DNA of 64,000 bases from Octopus sinensis (lineage: Eukaryota). This document shows, piece by piece, positions 48,120-61,224 of this stretch. A program made the position numbers and the translations under genes. Under the pieces are notes generated by a model, which had not been told where the DNA came from, did not search any database, and saw only the letters and a list, made by a program, of their open reading frames with translations. Position 1 is the first letter of the stretch. Each line of letters starts with the position of its first letter. The stretch covers positions 2,108,001 to 2,172,000 of the forward strand of contig NC_043025.1 in assembly GCF_006345805.1 (NCBI RefSeq), given 5' to 3'.

Positions 48120-50700
48120 TGTGGACACACCACCCACACACACCCACCCACCTACCTCCCACACGCACACACCCACACCCACCTACCTCCCACACCCACA
48201 CACCCACCTACCTCCCACACGCCTGTTCACACACACACATACGTAGACCCATCTACGTACATACATTCACACATTTAATCACACACACTTACAGACATAC
48301 TAGCACACACTAACATACAAACCAACATGCACATACACACACACATACATACATACGCACACACATACATACTTACACACACACACACACACAGACATAC
48401 ATACACACATACACACAAACATACATACGCACATACATACACACACACTCACACACACACACCGCACGTACATACTTCACACACACACATGCAAACATAC
48501 ATGTAGGCACATACATACATACATACCCACACATGCACACCCTTACACTGAATGCACACACACATACACCTTTTCGCATCCAGGCAGCCCCCCCTCTTTT
48601 CTGCTGTCCGGTTTTGGCTGACGGATCCTCGGTTCCCGCGTAGCGGGGCGTTCGAGGGCCTTTGCGCTCGCGCGCCTTGGCGCGCGCTGGGGGCTTGGTC
48701 GGCCCCTTGGGCTTGCGTTGTACTGCTTGTGCGTTGTGTGCGTGAGCGCGCTTCGTGTGTGTGGGCTTGCTACCCACATACATACACGCACACCTACTCA
48801 CACACACACATACACACACATACCTGCACACACACACACATACATACATACACATACATACCTACTTCAGACATACACACACACAGACATACACCCATAT
48901 ACTCACACTCACACTCACACGCATACACACACACACATACACACGCACACGTACACATACACACACACACACACCTACATACATACATTACACTTGTATA
49001 CACACACACTTACATTCATACACACACACACCTACACAGCCATACCCTCACTCAGACACACACATCTACCTACACACACACACAAACACACACGGACACA
49101 CACCCATACATACATACATCTACACACACACGCCTACACACATACATACACACATACATAAACACACACACATACACATATACACACATACGCACACACA
49201 CATATACTTATACACATGCACACACACACACATACATACATACACCCATATACATACACACACACATACCCACATACTCCTATACGCACATACATACACA
49301 CAGACATACACACATACACACTCACACAAACATACACACACACATACTTACACACACACTCACCTGCACGCGCACACACATGCATGACAAACACCCATAC
49401 ACTCACACTCACATACGCACACACCAACATAAACACGCACACACACACCTACACTCCCACACACATACACACGCACCTACATACACACACGCACGCATAC
49501 ACACGCATACACACATACATTACACACGTACACACACACCTACATACACATGCATACACACACACACACAAACATGCACGGACACACCCAGACATACACA
49601 CATACACCTATATACACACGCCCACACACCTACATACACACACATATACACACGCCCACACACCTACATACACACACATACATACACACACATACACGGA
49701 CACACCCATACATACTTACATACATACACCTATACACACACGCCTACACACCTACATACACACACATGCATACACACACACACACATGTACGCACGTACA
49801 CACACATATACGCACATACATATATACCCACACACATGCACACACACACACACATACGCACATGCATGCATGCATGCACACGCGCACACCAACACGCATA
49901 CACACACACACCTGTATGTACGCGCACACACATGCACATACACACACTTCCCCACACCCACACGTACATACATACACACTCACACACATACACACACACA
50001 CACACACACGGACATACATCTATGCACACACATACATACACACATACTCACATACATTCATCGGACACACTGCCACCCAGACATACACACAGACACACTC
50101 ACACATCCACACACATACATACTTACGCGCATACTCGCAGGCGCGCGCACACACGCGCTTGCGCCGGTTCGCGCACGCATACGCGCCGCATGCACCTCGC
50201 TCTTGGACCCGACGAGACCTCCCGCCCGTTCCTGGGACCGTCGCGTGTCGTTGGGTTTTCCCACGCCCGTCTCCGCGGGACCACTCTTCCATCTTCCCCT
50301 CAGCTGGAGTCCTTTTTCCTTACCCCCCCCTTTTTCGTTACACACACGCACACACATATACACACATTGCTTAAATATATACATTACTCTTACACACATT
50401 CAATCTACTCGCCATTAATACCACCACGACACTGGACACACACACACACACTACTACTCAACACACGCTGGCACGCTACATACGCCCCCACCTCTTCCCC
50501 TCCCTCCCTTCCTCCTTCCTTCTTTTTCTTACTACTGACCTTGTCTGCTAAGCTGACAACTAGTCTCGCCCTACCTCACACGCCTACACACAGACGCACA
50601 CACTAACACACACATATATTTTTTTGTTTTTTCATCTCGCCTCACACACACACATACACACACGCACACGCACACACTCACACATACACACACATCTGTT
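48120..50700. repeat. About 2.5-kb imperfect (CA)/(CATA) microsatellite array with two GC-rich islands
   Basis: Direct reading; source of the spurious 684-aa, 400-aa and 274-aa ORFs. Confidence 0.9.
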
Positions 50701-50866
50701 GCGTTACCAACCTTGTCTCCACTCTTTTGCCTTTAAAAACCCACTTTGCTCTGTTATCGTAAACATCCGCCTTTCACCATGTGCAACTCGTAAACACCAG
50801 TCGTCTTTTTTCTCTTTCCCTGTTGCCCGCTCTGGGATCTTTCTTTCCTCTCTCTTCCTTCTTTAT

Positions 50867-50901
50867 GTTTCCGACGAAGAGCTCCGCTCGAAACGTCATA
50901 C
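50867..50901 (+). ncRNA. Minimal hammerhead-like motif (U4C), probable PLE terminal repeat
   Basis: GUUU-CCGACGA-A-GAGC(UCC)GCUC-GAAAC-GUC^-AUAC; related degenerate copies at 4320-4355 and 40138-40172. Confidence 0.55.
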
Positions 50902-50981
50902 CTCCCTGCTTCCATTTCCTGAGCGCCTATTAATAATACTGTAATTGTTCCATTGTTGTTTTTTTGTTTCCCGTTTGGATT

Positions 50982-51025
<44 letters not shown>

Positions 51026-51835
51026 TGTTATAATTAACTATCTATTTTATAGCACAAATAAGTACATTCTAAAGTCATTAACATGCAGAAAATAAATATG
51101 TCCAGCATATTCCTTTAATTTAACTCATTAATACCAATAAATTATTATTTACTCTCTAATTATAAATGTATATTAATTTGATTTATATCTATATAAAAAT
51201 GAAATTATTCCTATACTCTCCATCCCTATATAAGATACTAAAATTATTAGAATCCTTTTGAAAAAAGCTCCCTAAAAGATATTTAGTTCAAATCACAAAT
51301 AGGATTGTGTCTGTTAAATAGTTAACTATTGGAAGTTTCTATTCTCCCTACCCCATCAGCTTCAGCCTACTAACTTTAGCTGAAATAGATTAAAATCTAC
51401 CAGAGGAAGGTTCTTCAAAGGGAGCTTCATTTATGGGCCTGCCACTGTCTCTTCCTCTATCTATAAATAGATAGATTCTTGGGGCTGTCTCCACTGAACT
51501 CAATAGAATAATATCAAACCCCCTCCCCAATAGTAAATCTAAATAATAAAGTAAATTCAGTGGTAAGAAATATATCCATGATTAAATATCATTTACTACC
51601 ATGTTTCTGTTGATGAGACTTGCTTCTCTGTCTATCAACCTACCCTCTTTGTAATGTTGGTAAATGGAAAAAGTATAAAAATGGATCTTTTCAATTTAAC
51701 TTAAAAATTCCATATCCAGCTGACGATTGCTCTACATTTTAAAACTGATGTAATTCTTGCATTGTTTAATTAAATGAAGTCGCATGGAACGATTGTACTG
51801 CACGACCGTTGGATACCCTTGTTGCTTATTTTGAC

Positions 51836-51869
<34 letters not shown>

Positions 51870-51875
<6 letters not shown>

Positions 51876-52185
51876 TATCACCGTGATCACCGTGACCGAC
51901 CAGACTATCAGATGTTGCTACACATCGCTGGTCACAATGCGCTTCGCATTCTTTTAGCCTTCAAATGACACCACCCCGCTGGCTAAGCGAGCAGGCCAAC
52001 AGAGGAAAGCGTGAGAGAAAGTTGTGGTGAAAGAGTATAGCAGGGATCGCCACCAGCCCCTGCGAGAGCTTCGTGGAGCTTAAGGTGTTTTCGCTCAATA
52101 AATACTCACAACGCCCGGTCTAGGAATCGAAACTGCGATCCTACGACCGCGGGTCCGCTGCCCTAACCACTGGGCTATTGCGCCT

Positions 52186-52190
<5 letters not shown>
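51870..52190 (-). mobile_element. tRNA-derived SINE (family C)
   Basis: Reverse strand tggaggcgcaatagcccagtggttagggcagcgg..ggtttcgattcc (A and B boxes). Confidence 0.8.
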
Positions 52191-52220
<30 letters not shown>

Positions 52221-54898
52221 CGAGATGCACAGTCACAAAATATGTGTGTGTTTGTATATGTGAGTAACCTAGCCTCTTCTAAATGCACCACCACAGCAAA
52301 GTGTGTGTGGAGATGTAAACACGCGGACTGCAATACCGCTATACCAGAACTGCAAAACTGACTCTATTATTAATCACATATGCATTCCCATACCTGCAAA
52401 TTCTCTATACATTTGTACATTGCTGTTCCGTGGTTTCTCACTCATACATCTGCAAATATATTATTTATTCACGCACGAGTACAAAGCAGACACCGAACAC
52501 ATTGTATTTAAACGCGTTTAATAAAAGAGACGACAAGCTTCAATCCTTCTAAACAACAGAAAGGAATAATCAAGACCGGTGCTTGGCGATAAAGCTGTAA
52601 ATAAAGAATAAAGGAGAAAGAAATAGCAGAGAAAGAAATAACAGGCCATTTTGATACGAAAGAATCTTCAACCCGCGTCCAGATGCGGTGTCAAAACGTT
52701 AACGCTGTAAAGACGGACCTATCTCTAAACGCCACTGACCCAATGAGTAACAAGACCGAAAGAGAACCATGGTCAGATGATAACGATGACAATGATGTGA
52801 TATACGCATTCTACAATGCAACTCTATGCACAAAACACACAGGAATAACCTCACACAATAAATACCCAAGAAAATGAACAACCCGCACAACATATGCCAT
52901 ACAGGCGCGATACCCAGCTGAACACAACTCGCAGCACTATACACTCACCGCGCAATATTAACTATGATAGAACAGAGACTCAAACCAAGCCGCATAACAA
53001 AGCATACTAATGCAATACAATACTCCTCAAACAAAACAAAAGAACTATAACGGGAAGAGTTCATAGGTCACCATTTATAATGACGTTGTGTGGAAAGAAG
53101 AACGATCAGATTTGAATGAGTTGTAAAAGCGACGACTTATTCTTTTTGTTATAATAAAAGAATATTGTGAAACGGAATGATGTTAATACTACAGTCGGGA
53201 ACAAACATTGAAATAACTTCAGTTCAGCTGGGTCTGATGATGTGGTCTGCTCTCTGTTGCTGCAACGTTAAAGACGGATGCCGATCGGTTGAAGAAAGCT
53301 GTGAAACTGACAGGGGTCTGTTCATCGGTGGCTGGTCCAAAGACCAAAACCGGAAGAAACTCGCATTTTTATTTCTATAGGTAGGCTCCACAGGCAAAAA
53401 TGATTTTCCCTGCGTTGGGAACACACTTTCTTCTAAACTCACGATTGAACAATTAAACTGACCAATAGCTGCAACTAATTTGGCCAACGACTGGGTCATG
53501 GGACTTGATGCTAAGAAAAGCTCTGGTTTGCCAAATATCTGGTATTTCAGGTTAAAACAGCCAAATTGACCAGATGTCTAATATTACAATTAGGTGAAAA
53601 TGCTAAACAGTTCTGCTGCGTAACACACAGTGCTACACACACCTCAGCAACACGAAATGATAGCACGTGATGCAATAGTAACTGACTTAAAAGGATCAGA
53701 TGTCAAATATTAACAGAGGTGGTGATGATGGTGATGGACATTAGCTTACCTCAGTTTATGAGAGACACAACTCACAGGTGGTGACAACGAAAATGAGGCT
53801 GGACCTTTAAGGGTATGCCTCTCGCCGCTCGGCAGCCGTTCAGTACAGATGTAGGCTGACTGTAGCTGTTATACTAAGACGTCCTCAGCAGATAAGGAGA
53901 AGGAAGCTGAGCAGCGGAGAGAATAGGATAGTGAGGCAGGGCTACTTATAAATGAACCGAAAAAGGGTTAGAGAAACGGATGTTAAGACTGTTTAGAGCA
54001 GGGCATGTTTAAAGTGACTGAGCAGAGAGTAGCAGACCAGGCTAAAGTTACTAAGAGAAGAAAAGGGATAATAGAATTGTAGGTGGAGTAGTAGTAGTAG
54101 TAGAAAAACAAAAAAAAAAGAAAAACATACGAAATACTATTGAAACCAAAAGAAAGCGTCATAATAGCAGCAGATGTGAAGAAGGGACAACTGGCATCAT
54201 CGACTCAAGCGACGAAAGTGAAGAAAAGGGAAGAGTTTTAGATAAGTTGCAGGGATCAGTGAATAAAGAAAGGAAGTATTAAAGAATAAAGAAAGGAAGT
54301 ATTAAAGAATAAAGAAAGGAAGTATTAAAAGATGTAACCAGAATGAAATTGCAGGGATATTCCTAGGAAGGTAGATTCTGTTACCAATAGGATAGACACT
54401 GATAGTGTAGATGACACTAAATTATTGATGCATGCATGAAGGACAGATTTACTAGAAGAGTAGGTATTCCTTAAGAAAATAATAAGAAGGAGCAGATGTG
54501 GCAAATGAGATAAGAAAATAAAGTGAAGATAAGATTTGAGTACAATAGAAACTTGGAAACAGGACAGGTTAGGAGACACAGGATTTAAATCTCTTGAGAA
54601 AATATACTTAGTCAAAGCGAAAGGATTTGGGGTAAGAGATGGAAATATTATCACAGCAATAGCAGGCAGGTTTTCCAGATATCAGAGAAAATAGACCAGT
54701 ATCAGCAGAACAGATTCTTTGAGATAGACGAAAGGAGATTTTAAAATATTAATTTGTAACTCTTCAACCTAAAAATTCGCCCTCACAGGGCGAATTTCAA
54801 AAATCCAGAGAAGGAAACAACAAATTTCAAGGGAAATTTACACAGATCCTAACACGCAACTACCATATCCAAACATAATAATAATAATAATAATAATA

Positions 54899-54930
<32 letters not shown>

Positions 54931-54951
54931 TAATAATAATAATAATAATAA

Positions 54952-54984
<33 letters not shown>

Positions 54985-55104
54985 AATGATGATGATGATG
55001 GTGGTGGTGGTGATGATGATGACGATGATGATGATGATGACGAGAGACGACGACGACGACGATGATGATGATGATGGTGGTGGTGGTGGTGGTAGTGGTG
55101 GTGG

Positions 55105-55164
<60 letters not shown>

Positions 55165-55165
<1 letters not shown>

Positions 55166-55722
55166 AAAATGCCCTGATGCAGTACCAGGCAGTGGCTCTC
55201 ATGACTCCTGAACTTAACCGATTGGAAATGTTATCATGTACATTGTTTTGTCTTGGTATAAAAGATGGGCTACAACAAATATTCTGCTCAATACCACAGA
55301 TTTGCTTGTCAGTTGTTTGACCTTAACCAGTTGAGCATGTCCCTTAGTGGCTGACGATATGTGCATCTCTGACCACGAGCAGAAGTAGTGGGGGAGCATC
55401 ATAGCCATGTGTTGAGAGGGATTCTTTGGGGTTTGAATAATTCGTCTCTGGAAACATGGGTGTTTCGTTCAACTTCCTTAAACAACCCTTATTCAGGGAC
55501 CTTTCGAGTGGGACGGGTTACTCGACCAGAAGAAAATTCTAACTGGGCCCCACCTAAAGGTCATGTGCTGTTTATCTTGATATGAGATCACCATGTCATG
55601 CACATATGGTTGTGATGCATGTGCCTGGTGTACCCTTATCAGACGGATAGTCATGAGGGGTATACGGGGCTTCGTATATTTTACCCAAGTGTCACTTTGA
55701 TGGCATGTGTTGTACTCTCACT
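55165..55722 (+). mobile_element. Dispersed repeat between (GAT)n and (AAT)n arrays, same family as 18848-19350
   Basis: aaatgccctgatgcagtacc..ctctcactc(aat)n. Confidence 0.75.
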
Positions 55723-55904
55723 CAATAATAATAATAGTGGTAGTAGTAGTAGCAGCAGCAGCAGTAGTAGTAGTAGTAGTAGTAGTAGTAGATATGAAGT
55801 GAAAAATGTAGTGATGGTGTTGATCGTGAGTTGGTCAGCTGCAACAAGTTCTTGAATGTGAAGGAAGATTATTTTGATGTAAAGCGAAAACAACACAATT
55901 ATAT

Positions 55905-55965
<61 letters not shown>

Positions 55966-56501
55966 ATTGAAGTTTTCTGTATGCGTGTGATGGTGTGTTT
56001 CAAAAATTTTATGTACTTCAATATTTCTACATCTTTCATCATATATACTCACCCATATATACACACACATACATATATACACATACATACATATATACAC
56101 ATACATACACTTACATTATATACACACACACAAAAAAATGACATAAGAATACCGTACGGGTAAGTTTTGCTCAAGACGGTGCAGTGTGGCTAGGGGTGTC
56201 TTGGCTCTTATTTCTAAAGAACGAGTGCTGCTGGAAAGGTTCCCTTCAAAACAAGTAGTCACCCTCGTGTAATAATTTTCCAAAAAGTGAAACTAAGGTT
56301 GGGGGTAAAACCTCCGAGGCTTCCACCCCCACCCCCGCTCCGTTTTCCGGACAAAAACTGGATTTTTCATTCTTCGGAAAAATTGTAATTCAGTTTACGA
56401 AACAAAAATTCCCAAAAATCCGGGGCGGTGGTGTCTCGCCCACCCCCGGCCTCCCTTTTCCGAAACACCAAAATAAGGGATATATATATATATATATATA
56501 G

Positions 56502-57456
56502 GCGCAGGAGTGGCTGTGTGGTAAGTAGCTTGCTAACCAACCACATGGTTCCGGGTTCAGTCCCACTGCGTGGCATCTTGGGCAAGTGTCTTCTGCTATA
56601 GCCCCGGGCCGACCAATGCCTTGTGAGTGGATTTGGTAGACGGAAACTGAAAGAAGCCTGTCGTATATATGTATATATATATACCAATTAAGGACTGAAC
56701 ACGAAAAGTGGACAGTCAACATGCTAGATATAGACGTCAAATCGCCATTCACCACAAAAGATTATGTTCTCAGATCAAACTCAACACAAAACCATAGCAA
56801 TAAACAAGTGAAAGATATACGAAATAAAATAATTACCCATGTACTAATTAGTTTCAGCTGTTATTTTCCGCAAGGAAAACTACCCTTAATTAATTTTATA
56901 TAAACTACCCTTATAAACTATAAATTTTATATAAAACTACCCTTAATTAATTTTATATAAATAAATATGTTCTCTAACCGATAAATTAACTGCTGCTAAT
57001 TATTAGCTGCAGGCTAGTTTTCTCGGGTTTCAACGCGCCAAAGTAAAGGCATTTGAAAGATATATTCAAATGTAATAGGCTGAACTCCATGCACGCGATA
57101 TTTCGGTATCGTGTTTGCATCTAGTCCAGCAAATTACATTTATAACGGACCATGCTGATGATGGCTGCAGTTTTCCTTCCGGGAAATAACAGCTGAAACT
57201 AATTAGTACATGGGTAATTATTTTATTTCGTATATCTTTCACTTGTTTATTGCTATGGTTTTGTGTTGAGTTTGATCTGAGAAACATAATCTTTTGTGGT
57301 GAATGGCGATTTGACGTCTATATCTAGCATGTTGACTGTCCACTTTTCTGTTCAGTCCTTAATTGGTATATATAAATAATTTTTAATCTTCGGATTCTTT
57401 TTTAATATGCTAGACCACTGGTCTTAATTGATAAATATCAATTTCTACCTTAATTA

Positions 57457-57498
<42 letters not shown>

Positions 57499-57504
57499 TA
57501 TATA

Positions 57505-57551
<47 letters not shown>

Positions 57552-57760
57552 GTCTTTGTCCTCCTAGCATTGCTTGACAACCGATGCTAGTGTGTTTACG
57601 TCCCCGTCATTTAGCGGTTCGGCAAAAGTGACCCATAGAATAAGTACTGGGCTTACAATGAATAAGTCCCGGGGTCGATTTGCTCGACTAAGGCAGTGCT
57701 GCAGCATGGCCGCAGTCAAATGACTGAAACAAGTAAAAGAGTAACAAAGAGTAAAGAGTA
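56502..57760 (+). mobile_element. SINE family B split by a MITE (head 56502-56670, tail 57545-57760)
   Basis: Both halves match contiguous parts of 40261-40645. Confidence 0.75.
56681..57370. mobile_element. MITE/foldback element with about 200-bp terminal inverted repeats in a TA run
   Basis: accaattaaggactgaac..ttccgcaaggaaaact mirrored by agttttccttccggg..gttcagtccttaattggt. Confidence 0.85.
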
Positions 57761-58451
57761 ACTAAAGAGAGAGAGAGAGAGAGAGAGAGGTAGATAGATA
57801 TTTATGTATATATTGCATGTTCTTTCATTCTTGCTTTTACTCTTGTCTACGTTTCTTTCGGTGTTCTTGTTTTCTTATCCATTTCATTATTATCCTGTGT
57901 GTCACCATGGAAATTTGCTTCTTTCGATGTAGGTACATTTTCATTTGTTCATTTACGTTCGTACTTCGTTCTCTTTGTTTTTCAGGAAAAGTTTTAATAA
58001 AATCAAATCATCAAAGCATATTCGATAAGAAATTTAGTATCAGCGCTTCTAAACCCAGGGTGCAGGCAAAATCATTCATTACAATAGAGTTGCTTGTGGG
58101 GGACGGCCATAGCATGTAGCGGCTCAACCGTGTCTAGGCACGACGTGTTTAGGATTCACCAGATTTATGATTTATTAGTTTTATAGTGGAACCACCAAGT
58201 AAGTGTGTGTGTGGGTGTGCATTTGTGTGTATTTGTGTGTATGTGTTTGTGAACAGTAATCAGTAATACATTTCTTCACAATAATTTTTCGAAATTTATA
58301 TTTTTACTTGAAGTGTCCAATTATGACAATAAAGATATATTTGTTATGTGGAACAGGTGAATTTTAATTCCTTCCAAAAACATGTTAATAACATTAAAGT
58401 CTGGTATTTTTTCTATATTCTTCTTCGACAGATTAATCTGCGCCTGAAAAT

Positions 58452-58639
58452 ATGTTTCCCCACATAGTATCATATGTGCAAACGTTTGTATTGATACTGT
58501 GTTCGATATTGGTTTTGGAGGCTCAAGCTGTTTCATATATATGCAAGATATGTACTTGCTACGGACCTACAAAGGTATATTGTAAATATCGCCAATTAAC
58601 ATCAGTCCCACAACCGATTCCGATGGATATTGAATTGTT
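58452..58639 (+). CDS. LRR protein, first coding exon: signal peptide + LRRNT
   Basis: MFPHIVSYVQTFVLILCSILVLEAQAVSYICKICTCYGPTKVYCKYRQLTSVPQPIPMDIEL(L); C..C.C....V.C....LTSVP..IP cap; TT|gtaagt donor; upstream acceptor ttcttcgacag implies a 5'UTR exon. Confidence 0.9.
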
Positions 58640-59313
58640 GTAAGTATTTGACGCGTATTTTCCATTTCAAATGTTTAAAATTCTGATCGATTATGTCCTC
58701 AGCGAAACACAAATGTTGTTGATCTCGCAGCTTTAAACACAATGTTATGCAGAGCAGATCCATATGTTACCTGCACTGAAGTCAAATAAACTGTTTGTTA
58801 TTATATTGAATTTATTACATCGCATACACACTAATATGATATGGCTAGTATCTGACCTTTGATGTTATTTGTCTGACCTCATCAAATCTTGCGGAATATT
58901 CAACGAACGGACAGTCTGAAAACTTCTGTGCTAACAATACATGTGTATTTCACAGAATTATATGATTTCACTAATTAGTTGAACTGTCGTTTAATATGGT
59001 ATATTATCCGTTGATCACGTTACAGAATAGTTGTTAAATATTGTTTGTATTAGTTTTTTTAATTAAAAATGCAGCGAGCTGCCAGAATCGTTGTGCACGC
59101 TGGGCAAAATGTTAAGCGGTATTTCGTTCGTCTTTACGTTCCGAGTTTAAATTCTGCCACAGTCGAATTTGCTTTCATTTTTTCGTTGTCAATTAATTAA
59201 GTACCAGTTGAATACTGGGTTCGATGCAATCCACTATACCTCTCCCCAATATTTCGCGCCTTACGCCTTTGGTAGAAAGGGGTGTAATTAATATTATAAT
59301 CTTCTTCTTCTTC

Positions 59314-59345
<32 letters not shown>

Positions 59346-59641
59346 CTTCTTCTTCTTCTTCTTCTTCTTCTTCTTCTTCTTCTTCTTCTTCTTCTTCTTC
59401 TTCTCCTTCTTCTTCTTCTTCTTCTTCTTCTTCTTCTTCTAGTTTTGCTGCTGCTGCTGCTGCTACTACTACTACTACTACTAATAAATAATAATAATAA
59501 TAATAATAATAATGATAATAATAATATTACTACTACTTCTACTAGATATGCTAATTTGTTATCTCATTCATCTGAATTGGGATCGGAGTCTTCTTCGTCC
59601 ATTTCTTCGTTGTTATACTTCTTTTCTCTAATGTAATTCTT

Positions 59642-59713
59642 AAGACTAAATTTTAACAATCTATAATATTTATCTGAATTAGAATTTAGCAAAACTCTTT
59701 CATGCCACACACA
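59642..59713 (+). pseudogene. Decayed 72-nt LRR exon
   Basis: RLNFNNL*YLSELEFSKTL fits the LxxNxLxxLxxxxF spacing; GT exactly 72 nt from the start; acceptor AG lost. Confidence 0.35.
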
Positions 59714-59831
59714 GTATCAGTATTATCCTCCAAGGATAAATATTAATACTTAATGTCCTCAAATCTTACTCTTCTTCCCACTTTATCCTTCTCTAATTCA
59801 TTGTCTATCTCTCAGTGTTTGTAGCAATCTA

Positions 59832-60387
59832 TTGGGTTGTCCAGATATTTCGTGCCGATTTATAGTAGCTTACCTTTCGACTTATTTTAGAACATGGCTG
59901 AGTCCATAACATAGGATTTGACTACGCCTCTATTTAAAGCAGAGTTTAAGCTATCTTTTCGTTGAAGAAGGTTTATGTTCCTATAACCTGTGTTAATTCT
60001 GTAACCCTTTAAAATGGAAGATAAGAAAATTCATTTTCGGTACTTGATGCTTTGGGAACCAGACAAAAATGGCTGCAGCTCGGCTGGGATGTGTTACCCT
60101 ACTCTCCATATTCACCAGATATTGCTCCTTCGGGTTTCCATTTATTCAGGTATCTGTAGAATAGTCTTAATGCTAGAAATTTCGATTCCTTGGATGACGT
60201 AAAAAGATACCTTGATGAATTCCTTCCCATGAAGCCTGGGAAGAGGGTATTTTCAAGTTAAAAGGAAGATGGAGACGCATTTTGCAACAAAAGGGTTCAT
60301 ATTTGGTTGATTAAAAATGTAATGGCAAGTATTTATTGACCTTTTTCTTTCCTTTAAAAATTGGCACGAACTTTCCGGACAACCCAA
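59832..60387 (+). mobile_element. Internally deleted mariner (DD34D-type) element
   Basis: TA-ttgggttgtcc..gtgcc / ggcac..ggacaacccaa-TA TIRs; MEDKKIHFRYLMLWE fused to LGWDVLPYSPYSPDIAPSGFHLF..RW..KGSYLVD*. Confidence 0.85.
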
Positions 60388-60979
60388 TATTCGAGAGTGT
60401 TTAAATGTATATCTACGAAGCTATGTGTGGGCGTATCAACATCAGTAATTGATATCCTAGACGAAACTGTGTATATGTGCATATGTGTGCATGTGTGATT
60501 GTACAATTTATTCTTTACATGGATTTTCTCCTTCTTTTCCTCATTCCGATTTCCGTTGTTATTTTCCTCTTCCTCTTTTCTTTATGTGTTTTCTTCCTGC
60601 ATCTTCCATTTTCTTCTTCATTCTTCATCCTAATCCCCTTCTCTTTTTTCTCTTTCTTCTCTAATTTTTTCAACTGCTTTTTCCATTTCTAATGCATCAT
60701 TTTCCTTTCATCGTATTCTACTCGCTCTTCTATAGATTTATGCGTTATATCACTTATTCCACTCAATTTCTCATTGTCTATCGCCTTTTTATTTTACGCT
60801 CCCTCCTCTTCATCTTCTCCTCAACTCCTACATCCCCTCTTATCCACCACCTCCTCCTCCTCTTTATTATCATCACTCTTTTCTTTCATAGTCTATTTTG
60901 ATTTTAAGACACGAAATTTGATGCTTTAACAGGAACCTTTTCTAAACTATTTCCTTTATAATCTTTTTTATTTCTACAG

Positions 60980-61051
60980 AACCTTGGAGTATAATAACAT
61001 CGAGATAATCGAACGCGGTGTCTTCAATAATCTCAAATATTTAGAGAAACT
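60980..61051 (+). CDS. LRR exon (72 nt, phase 2-2)
   Basis: tttctacag / gtaagt; TLEYNNIEIIERGVFNNLKYLEK(L). Confidence 0.9.
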
Positions 61052-61106
61052 GTAAGTTCAATTTTTGTTGATATTTTCTTAACGTAATATCACTAGAAAT
61101 TTCATG

Positions 61107-61224
<118 letters not shown>

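Noticed and set aside
48552-50606. 684-aa His/Thr-rich ORF and overlapping long ORFs
   Set aside because: Translation of (CA)/(CATA) microsatellite that lacks stops by composition; the same applies to the many YI/HT/CV/RE ORFs in the track.
53224-53499. 91-aa minus-strand ORF in a moderately GC-rich unique stretch
   Set aside because: No recognisable domain, no supporting splice structure, and a length compatible with chance.
54200-54780. Degenerate CR1/L2-like 3' end on the minus strand
   Set aside because: Only faint motif resemblance after multiple frameshifts; not supportable without an alignment.
54878-55165. Poly-His/Asp/Ser ORFs
   Set aside because: Compound (AAT)(GAT)(GAC)(GGT) microsatellite with no exon signals.
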